The translations under genes and the position numbers were made by a program. Positions 10,073 through 22,269 of a stretch of DNA of 64,000 bases are shown here, in pieces. The DNA comes from Mobula hypostoma (lineage: Eukaryota). The stretch's first letter is position 1. Every line of letters begins with the position of its first letter. The notes beneath the pieces are model-generated. The model saw only the letters and a program-made list of their open reading frames with translations. It was not told the origin of the DNA and did no database searches. The stretch is from the NCBI RefSeq assembly GCF_963921235.1, contig NC_086097.1:2046001-2110000 (forward strand), written 5' to 3'.

Positions 10073-13000
10073 ACAGGATTACTGCCTGTGCCACGCGACA
10101 GTGAGAGGAGGAATGCGATGAGGTGGAGGATAAATGCGTGGCTGAGGGATTGGAGCAGGGGGCAGGGATTCAAGTTTTTGGATCATTGGGACCTCTTTTG
10201 GCGCAGGTGTGACCTGTACAAAAAGGACGGGTTACACTTGAATCCTAGGGGGACCAATATCCTGGCGGGGAGATTTGCGAGGGCTACTGAGGTGACTTTA
10301 AACTAGAATGGTTGGGGGGTGGGAATCAAATTAAAGAGACGAGGAGAGAGGAGGTTAGTTCACAACAGGGGGATGGGAGCAAGTGCAGAGAGACAGAGGG
10401 CTGTAAAATGAGGGAAGAAACAAAAAGTAGTAAGGTGAAAAGTAAAAGTGGCAGGCCGGCAAATCCAGGGCAAAAATCAAAAAGGGCCACTTTTCAACAT
10501 AATTGTATAAGGGCTAAGAGTATTGTAAAAGCAAGCCTGAAGGCTTTGTGTGTCAATGCAAGGAGCATTCGTAACAAGGTGGATGAATTAAAAGTGCAGA
10601 TTGTTATTAATGAATATGATATAGTTGGGATCACAGAGACATGGCTCCGGGGTGACCAAGGATGGGAGCTCAACATTCAGGGATATTCAATATTCAGGAG
10701 GGATAGACATGAAAAAAAAGGAGGTGGGTAGCATTGCTGGTTAGAGAGGAGATTAACGCAATAGAAAGGAAGGACAATAGCCAGGAGGATGTGGAATTGA
10801 TATGGGTAGAGCTGCATAACACTAAGGGGCAGAAAACGCAGGTGGGATTTGTGTACAGGCTACCTAACAGTAGTAGTGAGGTTGGGGATGGTATTAAACA
10901 GGAAATTAGAAATGTGTGCAATAAAGGAACAGCAGTTATAATGGGTGACTTCAATCTACATATAGATTGGGTGAACCAAATTGGTAAGGGTGCTGAGGAA
11001 GAGGATTTCTTGGAATGTATGCGGGATGGCTTTTTGAACCAACATGTCGAGGAACCAACTAGAGGGCAGGCTGTTCTGGACTGGGTTTTGAGCAATGAGG
11101 AAGGGTTAATTAGCAATCTTGTCGTGAGAGGCCCTTTGGGTAAGTGTGACCATAATATGGTGGAATTCTTCATTAAGATGGAGAGTGACATAGTTAATTC
11201 AGAAACAAAGGTTCTGAACTTAAAGAAGGGTAACTTTGAAGGTACGAGATGTGAATTGTCTAAGATAGACTGGCAAATGACACTTAAAGGGTTGACGGTG
11301 GATATGCAATGGCAAGCGTTTAAAGAGCGCATGAATGAACGACAACAATCGTTCATCCCAGTTTGGCAAAAGAATAAATCAAGGAAGGTAGTGCACCCGT
11401 GGCTGACAAGAGAAATTAGGGATAGTATCAATTCCAAAGAAGAAGTATACAAATTAGCCAGAAAAAGTGGCTCACCTGAGGACTGGGAGAAATTCAGAGT
11501 CCAGCAGAGGAGGACAAAGGGCGTAATTAGGAAAGGGAAAAAAGATTATGAGAGAAAACTGGCAGGGAACATAAAAACTGACTGTAAAAGCTTTTACAGA
11601 TATGTGAAAAGAAAAATATTGGTTAAGACAAATGTAGGTCCCCTACAGACAGAAACAGGTGAATTGATTATGGGGAGCAAGGACATGGCAGACCAATTGA
11701 ATAACTATTTTGGTTCTGTCTTCACGAAGGAGGACATAAATAATCTTCCGGAAATAGTAGGGGATCGAGGGGCTAGTGAGATGGAGGAACTGAGGGAAAT
11801 ACATGTTAGTAGGGAAGTGGTGTTAGGTAAATTGAAGGGATTAAAGGCAGATAAATCCCCAGGGCCAGATGGTCTGCATCCCAGAGTGCTTAAGGAAGAA
11901 GCCCAAGAAATAGTGGATGCATTCGTGATAATTTTTCAAAACTCTTTAGATTCTGGACTAGTTCCTGAGGATTGGAGGGTGGCTAATGTAACCCCACTTT
12001 TTAAAAAAGGAGGGAGAGAGAAACCGGGGAATTATAGACCGGTTAGCCTAACATCGGTGGTAGGGAAAATGCTAGAGTCAGTTATCAAAGATGTGATAAC
12101 AGCACATTTGGAAAGCGGTGAAATTATCGGACAAAGTCAGCATGGATTTGTGAAAGGAAAATCATGTCTGACAAATCTCACAGAATTTTTTGAGGATGTA
12201 ACTAGTAGAGTGGATGGGGAGAACCAGTGGATGTGGTATATTTGGATTTTCAAAAGGCTTTTGACAAGGTCCCACACAGGAGATTAGTGTGCAAACTTAA
12301 AGCACACGGTATTGGGGGTAAGATATTGATGTGGATAGAGAATTGGTTAGCAGACAGGAAGCAAAGAGTGGGAATAAACGGGACCTTTTCAGAATGACAG
12401 GCAGTGACCAGTGGGGTACCGCAAGGCTCAGTGCTGGGACCCCAGTTGTTTACAATATATATTAATGACTTAGATGAGGGAATTAAATGCAGCATCTCCA
12501 AGTTTGCGGATGACATGAAGCTGGGCGGCAGCGTTAGCTGTGAGGAGGATGCTAAGAGGATGCAGGGTGACTTGGATAGGTTAGGTGAGTGGGCAAATTC
12601 ATGGCAGATGCAATTTAATGTGGATAAATGTGACGTTATCCACTTTGGTGCCAAAAACAGGAAAACAGATTATTATCTGAATGGTGGCTGATTAGGAAAA
12701 GGGGAGGTGAAACAAGACCTGGGTGTCATTATACACCAGTCATTGAAAGTGGGCATGCAGGTACAGCAGGCGGTGAAAAAGGCGAATGGTATGCTGGCAT
12801 TCATAGCAAGAGGATTCGAGTACAGGAGCAGGGAGGTACTACTGCAGTTGTACAAGGCCTTGGTGAGACCACACCTGGAGTATTGTGTGCAGTTTTGGTC
12901 CCCTAACCTGAGGAAAGACATCCTTGCCATAGAAGGACTACAAAGAAGGTTCACCAGATTGATTCCTGGGATGGCAGGACTTTCATATGATGAAAGACTG

Positions 13001-13433
13001 GATCGACTAGGCTTATACTCCTTGGAATTTAGAAGATTGAGGGGGGATCTGATTGAAACGTATAAAATCCTAAAGGGATTGGACAGGCTAGATGCAGGAA
13101 GATTGTTCCCGATGTTGGGGAAGTCCAGAATGAGGGGTCACAGTTTGAGTATAAAGGGGAAGCCTTTTCGGACCGAGGTGAGGAAAAGCTTCTTCACACA
13201 GAGAGTGGTGAATCTGTGGAATTCTCTGCCACAGGAAACAGTTGAGGCCAGTTCATTGGCTATATTTAAGAGGGAGTTAGATATGGCCCTTGTGGCTACG
13301 GGGATCAGGGGGTATGGAGGGAAGGCTGGGGCGGTGTTCTGAGTTGGATGATCAGCCATGATCATAATAAATGGCGGTGCAGGCTCGAAGGGCAGAATGG
13401 CCTACTCCTGCACCTATTTTCTATGTTTCTATG
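10073..13433 (+). mobile_element. CR1 LINE, young copy B (ORF1 3' end plus disrupted ORF2)
   Basis: Esterase C-terminus DGLHLNPRG; APE motifs NARSIRNK, ITETW, GDFN; RT FADD; frameshift near 12215; TGA 12689-12691; (tttctatg)n tail; TSD-like tgacagga/tgtcagga. Confidence 0.97.
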
Positions 13434-13847
13434 TCAGGAAGAGCAGGCAGATGACAGAACAAAACTGCAGCCAGCAGGGTGCGTATCAATGCATTAGAGA
13501 TGTAGAGTCAAAAAGGGTAACAAATACAGTATCAAAGTGTTATATCTCAATGCTGGGGTATAAGAAATCAGGTGGACAATCTTGTTGCACTTTTACAGAT
13601 TGTTGGGTTTGATATTGTGGCCATCACTGAATCATGGCTGAGGGATGGTTGTAGTTGGGAGTTAAATGTCCAAGGTTACATGTTGTATCGGAGGGACAGG
13701 AAGGTGGGCAGAGGGGGTGGCGTGTCTCTGCTGATAAAGAATGGCATCAAATCAGTAGAAAGATGTGACATAGGATCAGAAGATGTTGAATCCTTGTGGG
13801 TTGAGTTAAGAAACTGCAAGGGTAAAAGGACCCTGATGGCAGTAATA

Positions 13848-16543
13848 TAGAAACATAGAAAATAGGTGCAGGAGTAGGCCATTTGGCCCTTCGAGCCTGC
13901 ACCGCCATTTATTATGATCATGGCTGATCATCCAACTCAGAACCCCGCCCCAGCCTTCCCTCCATACCCCCTGATCCCCGTAGCCACAAGGGCCATATCT
14001 AACTCCCTCTTAAATATAGCCAATGAACTGGCCTCAACAGTTTGCTGTGGCAGAGAATTCCACAGATTCACCACTCTCTGTGTGAAGAAGTTTTTCCTAA
14101 TCTCGGTCCTAAAAGGCTTCCCCTCTATCCTCAAACTGTGACCCCTCGTTCTGGACTTCCCCAAAATCGGGAACAATCTTCCTGCATCTAGCCTGTCCAA
14201 TCCCTTTAGGATCTTATACGTTTCAATCAGATCCCCCTTCAATCTTCTAAATTCCAATGAGACAAGCCCAGTTCATCCAGTCTTTCTTCATATGAAAGTC
14301 CTGCCATCCCAGGAATCAATCTGGTGAACCTTCTTTGTACTCCCTCTATGGCAAAGATGTCTTTCCTCAGATTAGGGGATCAAAACTGCACACAATACTC
14401 TAGGTGTGGTCTCACCAAGGCCTTGTACAACTGCAGTAGTACCTCCCTGCTCCTGTACTCGAATCCTCTCGCTATAAATGCCAGCATACCATTCGCCTTT
14501 TTCACCACCTGCTGTACCTGCATGCCCACTTTCAATGACTGGTGTATAATGACACCCAGGTCTCGTTGCACCTCCCCTTTTCCTAATCAGCCACCATTCA
14601 GATAATAATCTGTTTTCCTATTTTTGCCACCAAAGTGGATAACTTCACATTTATCCACATTAAATTGCATCTGCCATGAGTTTGCCCACTCACCCAACCT
14701 ATCCAAGTCACCCTGCATCCTCTTAGCATCCTCCTCACTGCTAACACTGCCACCCAGCTTCGTGTCATCCGCAAACTTGGAGATGCTGCATTTAATTCCC
14801 TCATCCAAGTCATTAATATATATTGTAAACAATTGGGGTCCCAGCACTGAGCCTTGCGGTACCCCACTAGTCACCGCCTGCCATTCTGAAAAGGTCCCGT
14901 TTATTCCCACTCTTTGCTTCCTGTCTGCTAACCAATTCTCCACCCACACCAATACCTTACCCCCAATACCGTGTGCTTTAAGTTTGCACACTAATCTCCT
15001 GTGTGGGACCTTGTCAAAAGCCTTTTGAAAATCCAAATATACCACATCCACTGGTTCTCCCCTATCCACTCTACTAGTTACATCCTCAAAAAATTCTATG
15101 AGATTCGTCAGACATGATTTTCCTTTCACAAATCCATGCTGACTTTGTCCGATCATTTCTCCGCTTTCCAAATGTGCTGTTATCACATCCTTGATAACTG
15201 ACTCCAGCAGTTTCCCCACCACCGACGTTAGGCTAGCCGGTCTATAATTCCCCGGTTTCTCTCTCCTTCCTTTTTTAAAAATTGGGGTTACATTAGCCAC
15301 CCTCCAATCCTCAGGAACTAGTCCAGAATCTAACGAGTTTTGAAAAATTATCACTAATGCATCCATTATTTCTTGGGCTACTTCCTTAAGCACTCTAGGA
15401 TGCAGACCATCTGGCCCTGGGGATTTATCTGCCTTCAATCCCTTCAATTTACCTAACACCACTTCCCTACTAACATGTATTTCACTCAGTTCCTCCATCT
15501 CACTGGACCCTCTGTCCCTTACTATTTCTGGAAGATTATTTATGTCCTCCTTAGTGAAGACAGAACCAAAGTAATTATTCAATTGGTCTGCCATGTCCTT
15601 GCTCCCCATAATCAATTCACCTGTTTCTGTCTGCAGGGGACCTACATTTGTCTTTACCAGTCTTTTCCTTTTTACATATCTATAAAAGCTTTTACAGTCC
15701 GTTTTTATGTTCTCTGCCAGTTTTCTCTCATAATCTTTTTTCCCCTTCCTAATTAAGCCCTTTGTCCTCCTCTGCTGAACTCTGAATTTCTCCCAGTCCT
15801 CAGGTGAGCCACTTTCTCTGGCTAATTTGTATGCTACTTCTTTGGAATTGATACTATCCCTAATTTCTCTTGTCAGCCACGGGTGCACTACCTTCCTTGA
15901 TTTATTCTTTTGCCAAACTGGGATGAACAATTGTTGTAGTTCATCCATGCAACCTATAAATGCTTGCCATTGCATATCCACCGTCAATCCTTTAAGTGTC
16001 ATTTGCCAGTCTATCTTAGCTAATTCACGTCTCATACCTTCAAAGTTACCCCTCTTTAAGTTCAGAACCTTTGTTTCTGAATTAACTATGTCACTCTCCA
16101 TCTTAATGAAGAATTCCACCATATTATGGTCACTCTTACCCAAGGGGCCTCTCACGACAAGATCGCTAATTAACCCTTCCTCATTGCTCAAAACCCAGTC
16201 CAGAATAGCCTGCTCTCTAGTTGGTTCCTCGACATGTTGGTTCAAAAAACCATCCCGCATACATTCCAAGAAATCCTCTTCCTCAGCACCTTTACCAACT
16301 TGGTTCACCCAGTCTACATGTAGATTGAAGTCACCCATTATAACTGCTGTTCCTTTATTGCACACATTTCTAATTTCCTGTTTAATACCATCTCCGACCT
16401 CACTACTACTGTTAGGTGGCCTGTACACAACTCCCACTAGCGTCTTCTGCCCCTTAGTGTTACACAGCTCTACCCATATCGATTCCACATCTTCCCGGCT
16501 TATGTCCTTCCTTTCTATTGCGTTAATCTCTTCTTTAACCAGC
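13848..16543 (-). mobile_element. CR1 LINE, young copy C
   Basis: 656-aa ORF 14587-16557 with APE C-half (GDFN, SDH) and a complete RT core (FADD); tail at 13848-13865. Confidence 0.97.
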
Positions 16544-17337
16544 AACAGGCCTTCCAACAGTAGCTGGGATGTGGACCACAGATTACAGTGGGAAATAGGA
16601 AAGGCGTGTCAAGGGGGAAATGTTATGATAGTCATGGGAGATTTCAACTTGCAGGTCAATTGGAAAATTAGGTTGGTGATGGATCTCAGGAGAGTGAATG
16701 CCTTCAGCTTTCAGGTGCTAAGCATCTTCAGTAGTCTCGCTTCATGTTCCTCCAAGGTGGATCCAAACACTATAAGGTCATCCAGATACACCAATACCTC
16801 AAGCATGTTCATATCCCCCACCGTCTTCTCCATGACCTGCTAGAAGGCTGCAGGAGCTCCCGAGATGCCCTGGGGCATCCTTTCGAACTGGAAGAATCTC
16901 AGGGGACATATACATTCCGTCTTCTCTTTGTCTGCCTCAGTCACGGGGATCTGGTAATATCCACTCCTCAAACCCAGCACACTGAACCAGTTTGCACCAC
17001 TCAGACAGGCCAGCATGTCTTCGATTCTCGGGACTATATACTGGTCAGGGATGGTGTGCCTGTTCAGAGTCCTTTAGTCCACACACATTCCTATCTTCCC
17101 ATTCTTCTTTCAGGCCACTACTATTGGGGATGCATAGGGGCTTTGGGACTCGGTGATGATCCCAGCTTTCTTCAACTTACACAAGTGCTGCTGAACGTCT
17201 TCCACGTCTGCAGGAGCCAATCTCTCTGACCTCTCTCTAAACGGGGTGTCTTTGGTCACCTAGGTAGTGTGACGAGTGCTCTTGGAACAACCCAATGGTT
17301 CAAGCTCAAGGCAATCACACAGGAGGCGAGGGAATCA

Positions 17338-17355
17338 ATCCCGGACAAGCCCCCA
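17338..17355 (-). promoter_or_regulatory. Primer binding site, tRNA-Pro
   Basis: tgggggcttgtccgggat is 17/18 identical to the canonical tRNA-Pro PBS tgggggctcgtccgggat; the mismatch is a CpG transition. Confidence 0.85.
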
Positions 17356-17359
17356 GAAT

Positions 17360-17945
17360 TGTAACCCAGAGGTTTGGCCAGCACATGTTTGTCTAGGGGA
17401 AGGCAGCCTCTGGCCCAGCCAAACTGAGAGATCTCGTCTGTGTGGATGCTGCGTGATGTGCTGCCCAGTTACAAATCTGAACTGCAAAATATCAGACGGT
17501 ACACCATATGCAATTAAACCATTGAACTTTATAAATCTTAATCTGACTATAGGGTTAGTAAGGGAAATAAAAAGAAAAAGGGCCCATTTTAATGAAATAG
17601 TCTAATGTGCACGTTGGAGCTCGCACACTTGTCCATTCGCCCCCATTGACCTCTGAGTGTCGCTGACCTTCGGACCCTCACTCCCGGTCCACTCCTTCCG
17701 CTGGTCTACCAACTCTCTCCACTCGGGTCTTCCCTCTTCATTTCTTCATATCTTGCTGACAAAAGACTACGAAATCCCTCCTCCCAGACCCGCAAGAAGC
17801 CTCTCATTGGCTAACATATATTGCAAACCCCTCACTATCTCCAGTCATAACCCAAACATTGCTGCTACAGAGAAACCATTACCTTAGCAGCAAAACATTA
17901 CAGAGAGGCCATTACATTAGCAGTGAAACCTTACAGCATGTTACA
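17360..17945 (-). repeat. LTR (TG..CA)
   Basis: Minus strand begins tgtaaca and ends gttaca; followed after 4 nt by the PBS. Confidence 0.75.
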
Positions 17946-19609
17946 CAAAGAAATACTCAAATGGCAAAATAGTACAACCATGGCTGACAAGGGAAGTCAA
18001 AGCCATTGTAAAAGCAAAGGAAAGGACATACGACAAAGCAAAAATTACTAAGAAGATAGAGGATTGGGAAGTTTTTAAAAACCTACAGAGAGCAACCAAA
18101 AGAATCATTAGAAGGGAAAAAGTATGAAAGCAAGCTAGCAAACAATATCAAAGTGGATAGTAAAAGTTTCAAGTATGTAAAAATAAAAGAGAGATGGAAG
18201 TATATATAGGACCGCTAGAAAATGAGGCCGGAGAAATAATAACAGGGGACAAGGAGATGGCAGATGAAGGAAAAGAATGTTTATGTATCAGTCTTCACTG
18301 TGGAAGACAGTAGCAGCGTGCCACATGTGGAAGGATGTGAGGGAAGAGAAGTCAGTGCAGTTGCTATTACAAGGGTGAAGGTGCTTAAAAAGCTGGAAGG
18401 TCTAAGGTTACATAAGTCACTCGGACCAGATGAACTGCAGCATAGGGTTCTGAAAGAGGTAGCGGTAGAAATTGTGGAGGTAATGATCTTTCAAAAATCA
18501 TTGAACCCTGCCATGGTGACAGAGGACTGGAAAATTGCAAATGTCACTCCACTCTTTAAGAAAGGAGGAAGGCAGCAGAAAGGAAATTATAGACCAGTTA
18601 GCCTGACATCAGTGGTTGGGAAGATGTTGGACTCAGTTGTTAAAGATGAGGTGATGGGATACTTGGTGACACAGGACAAGATAGGACAAAGTCAGCATGG
18701 TTTCCTCAAGGGAATATCTTGCTTGACAAACCTGTTGAAATTCTTTGAGGAGATTACAAGTAGGATAGATAAAGGGGATGTAGTAGATGTTGTGTAGTGG
18801 ATGTTGTATATTTGGACTTTCAGAAGGCCTTTGACAAGGTGCCACATATGAAGCTGCTTACCAAGTTAAGTGCCCATGGTATTACAGGATAGTTAATGGC
18901 ATAGTTAGAACATTGGCTGATTGGTAGGAGGCAGTGAGTGGGAATAAAAGGATCCTTGTCTGGTTGGCTGCCAGTGACTAGTGGTGTTCCTCAGGGATCA
19001 GTATCGGGACCACTTCTTTTCACTTTTTATATAAATGATTTAGATGTTGGAATAGATGGCTTAGTTGCCAAATTTGCAGATAATATGAAAATTGGTGGAG
19101 GGGCAGGTAGTGTTGAAGAAACAGGTAGACTGCAGAAGGACAGATTAGGAGAATGGACAAGAAAGTGGCGAATGAAATTCAATGTTGGAAAATGCATGGT
19201 CATGCACTTTGGTAATAGAAATAAATGTGTAGACTATTTTCTAAACGGGGAGAAAATCCAAAGATCTGAGATGCAGAACACCCTGAAGGTTAACTTGCAG
19301 GTAGAGTTGGTGGTGAGGAAGGCAAATGCCATGTTAGCATTCATTTCAAGAGGGATGTGATGCTGAGGTTTTATAAGGCACTGGTGAGGCCTCCCCTTGA
19401 GTATTTTGGACAGTTTCAGGCCCCTCATCTGAGAAACGATGTGGTGGTATTCGAGAGGGTCCAGAGGAGGTTCACAAGGATGATTCTGGGAATGAAAGGT
19501 TCTCATACAAGGAATGTTTAATAGCTCTGTGTCTGTACTCGCTGGAATTCAGAAGGATGAGGGGGGATCTCGTTGAAACCTTTCGAATGTTGAAAGGACT
19601 AGACATGAT

Positions 19610-19940
19610 AGAGACTTCAGTGAGATCCCCCTTATTCTTCTAAACTCCAGTGAGTACAAGCACAGAACCAGCAAATGCTCCTCATTAACCCTTTCACTCC
19701 CAGAATAATTCTCATGAACTTCCTCTGGACCTTCTCTCATGCTAGCACGTTTTCTAGTATAAGGAGACCAAGACTGTTCACAAAACACCTAATACGGTTT
19801 GACCAATGCCTTACAAAGCCACAGCTCTAGTCCTCTTGAAATGAAAGATAACATTGCATTTGGCTTCCTTTAGACTGCCTGAACCTGCAAGTTAACCTTT
19901 AGGAAATCCTGCACGATTCCCTCTGCACCTTGGATTTTTC
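19610..19940 (-). mobile_element. CR1 3' ORF2 fragment, inverted relative to its neighbour
   Basis: Reverse complement resembles 19265-19580. Confidence 0.7.
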
Positions 19941-20035
19941 TGAAGAAAACATTTCCTTTGCAATTGAATCAACTCTGATTGATGGACAGAATTCTTTTGC
20001 ATAATCCAGAGTTGTTCTCTTTGAGATTTGGGCAC

Positions 20036-20352
20036 TAGGGTGGCGTAGTGGGCCCCAAAATGGTGGAGTAATCAGCGCAAAGCTATTACAGCTTGGCGAG
20101 TGGGAGTTCGGAGTTGAATTCAGGTGTCTTCTATAAGGAGTTTGTATGTCCACCCTGTAGAATGTGCGTGTTTCCTCCGGGTGCTCCAGCTTCCTCCCAC
20201 AGTCCAAGATGTAGCAAGAAGTCTGTTAACTGGTCATTGTAAATTGTCCTGTGACGAGGCCAGGTTTAAGCTGGGTGTTGATGGGCGGTGACTTATTGGA
20301 CCAAAAGGGCCTGTTTGCAACTGTATCCCGAAATGAAATAAAGTAAAATAAA
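20036..20352 (+). mobile_element. tRNA-derived V-SINE-like SINE
   Basis: A/B-box-like head (tggcgtagtgg; gagttgaattc), V-domain tttcctccgggtgctccagcttcctcccacagtccaa, (aaat)n tail. Confidence 0.7.
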
Positions 20353-20821
20353 ATTGAAGCCAAGTAGATGCCAGTATTTACAGAAACACTTTGATTGAGG
20401 GGTATTAACAGGGTGAGATTGACAGGATCGAAAACATACTAATTTAAACAAAACTGCAATTCCAACTATCTCCCTGCATAATATATCGTGAAACAAGAGA
20501 GTTGTTTAAAGTCTTTCGTTATTTCTTGCTTTAGTATTTAACTCTGGAGATCGGTTGGCTAATTCCCTTTATTGAAATATGCAATTCATTTAGTTTTTAG
20601 GTTTCTACCTGCTGCCATTATGGGGATTGGAGAAGTATTGATCTTCCCTAATGGACTGGATTTTTATGACTTACTTCAGCCTCTCCTATTTATTACTTAA
20701 AAGAAGAAGAGATGAGAAGAACAGCTTAATTGTATATTGAACTTCTTTCCCTCAAAGCTTGAATGTGACCTTTTTGTTTACCAAGAGAAGGAATAAGAGC
20801 TCAAATCCAATTGTTGCAACA

Positions 20822-21048
20822 TTTACGCAGAGGGTTGTGAGTGCGTGGAATGGGCTGCCAGTGACAGTGGTGGAGGTGGATACGATAGGGTCTTTTAAGA
20901 GACTCCTGGATAGTACATGGAGCTTAGGGAAATAGAGGGCTATGGGTAACTCTAGGTAATTTCTAAAGTAAGGACATGTTCGGCACAGCATTGTGGGCTG
21001 AAGGGTCTGTATTGTGCTGTAGGTTTTCTATGTTTCTGTGTTTCTATG
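20822..21048 (+). mobile_element. CR1 (second family) 3' end
   Basis: FTQRVVSAWNGLP; (tttctatg)n-type tail. Confidence 0.85.
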
Positions 21049-21064
21049 TCACATTCTTACAAGG

Positions 21065-21635
21065 TTAATGTGACTCACTTGGTAGTACTCTTAGCTCTGA
21101 ATTTGATGTCTTAGTTGGTAATACTCTCACCTCTGATTTAGATATGTCCTCTCTGAGTTAGACTTGGCTTAGTTGCAGTATTCTCCCCTCTGAATTAGAT
21201 GTGACTCAGTATTTGTACTCTCAGCACTGAGTTGGATTTAACTCAGTTGGCAATACTCTTACCGCTGAGTTAGATGTGAATCAGGTGCTAATACTCACCT
21301 CTGAGTTCTATCTGACTCAGTTGCTGGTACGAGGGGTGATTGATAAGTTCATGGCCTGAGGTAGAAGGAGTCCATTTTAGAAAACCTAGCACATTTGTTT
21401 TTCAACATAGTCCCCTCCTACATTTACACACTTAGTCCAGCGGTCGTGGAGCGTGCGGATCTTGGACCTCCAGAAAGTGTCCACAGCAGGGGTGATTGAT
21501 AAGTTTGTGGCCTAAGGTAGAAGGAGATGAGTTGTTAACTTCAGACTTTCCTCTCTGTTCGATGTGACTCAGTTGACAGTACTCTCTTCTCTGTAAGTGT
21601 AGCATTCTTCCCTGAGTTCGATGTGACTCAGTTCT
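21065..21635. repeat. Diverged ~39-bp minisatellite
   Basis: About 10 copies of gatgtgactcagttggcagtactctcacctctgagtta, interrupted at 21330-21550. Confidence 0.8.
21330..21550 (+). mobile_element. Mariner-like transposon end fragment
   Basis: TA (21328-21329) followed by cgaggggtgattgataagttc, a mariner-like terminus; this terminal motif is repeated in direct orientation from 21489. Confidence 0.6.
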
Positions 21636-22269
21636 GTGTTGGATAGTTGTGCGTTCATGTGTTTTGGTATTTACTGAGGGATGGGAGAGCTAGCCCCATG
21701 CCCAACCCCTTTATCTTTCACAGAGGTGCCTGTGACCATCTGTGATGTTGTCATTGTGAAGTATATATTTTTTCTAATTATTTTTTGCATTGCCCTGCTG
21801 CTGGAAAACAACAATTTTCATGACTTATGCCAATGATATTAAACTTTATTCTGAGTCCAATTCTGAGGACCAAGAGCATTCCTAATTTCCAGGATCTAGC
21901 CAGCATTTATTCCTGTCCACGATTACCTCTGAGGTTGCCATTTTGAACCAATGGCATCCATCTGGTGAAGATACCGTGCTGTTGAGTAGGAATTATACTT
22001 AGACACGCTGAAGGCCTGGCAATATATTTCCAGTTCAGGATTGTGTGCAGATTTGAGGGGATTTTATAGAGGGTGATGCTCTCACATGCCTTCTGTCCTT
22101 TATACTTTTTCTGGTAGAGGATGCAGGAGATTGTGTCAGAGCTTTCTTAATACATGTCTAGAGATGAGGGAATCATCAACAGGGTGGTAGATAAGATGAT
22201 GAGCTTCTTGACAGTTGCTAGAGCTGCATTCAGCCTGGCAAGTGACAGCATCACATTTCTTCCTTCTGG

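Larger units (their letters stand above)
16700..17945 (-). mobile_element. Gypsy/Ty3 LTR retrotransposon remnant (5' LTR, PBS, internally deleted, RT fragment)
   Basis: Minus strand MEKTVGDMNMLEVLVYLDDLIVFGSTLEEHEARL (YLDD), preceded by a degenerate SPYASPIVV/RMCVD RT start. Confidence 0.85.
9967..19605 (+). mobile_element. Old host CR1 split into four pieces (9967-10072, 13433-13848, 16544-16700, 17946-19605) by nested insertions
   Basis: The first three pieces join collinearly with the related CR1 at 60800-61390 (gcagtcagactg|tcaggaag; gcagtaatat|acaggcc); the last piece carries degraded RT motifs. Confidence 0.8.

Noticed and set aside
15827..16843. 338-aa plus-strand ORF and recurring ORFs such as MPPKWITSH.. 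and MNLLCTPS..
   Set aside because: Antisense shadows of CR1 ORF2, repeated at every copy.
20036..20130. tRNA gene
   Set aside because: Only degenerate A/B boxes with no cloverleaf, continuing into a SINE body.
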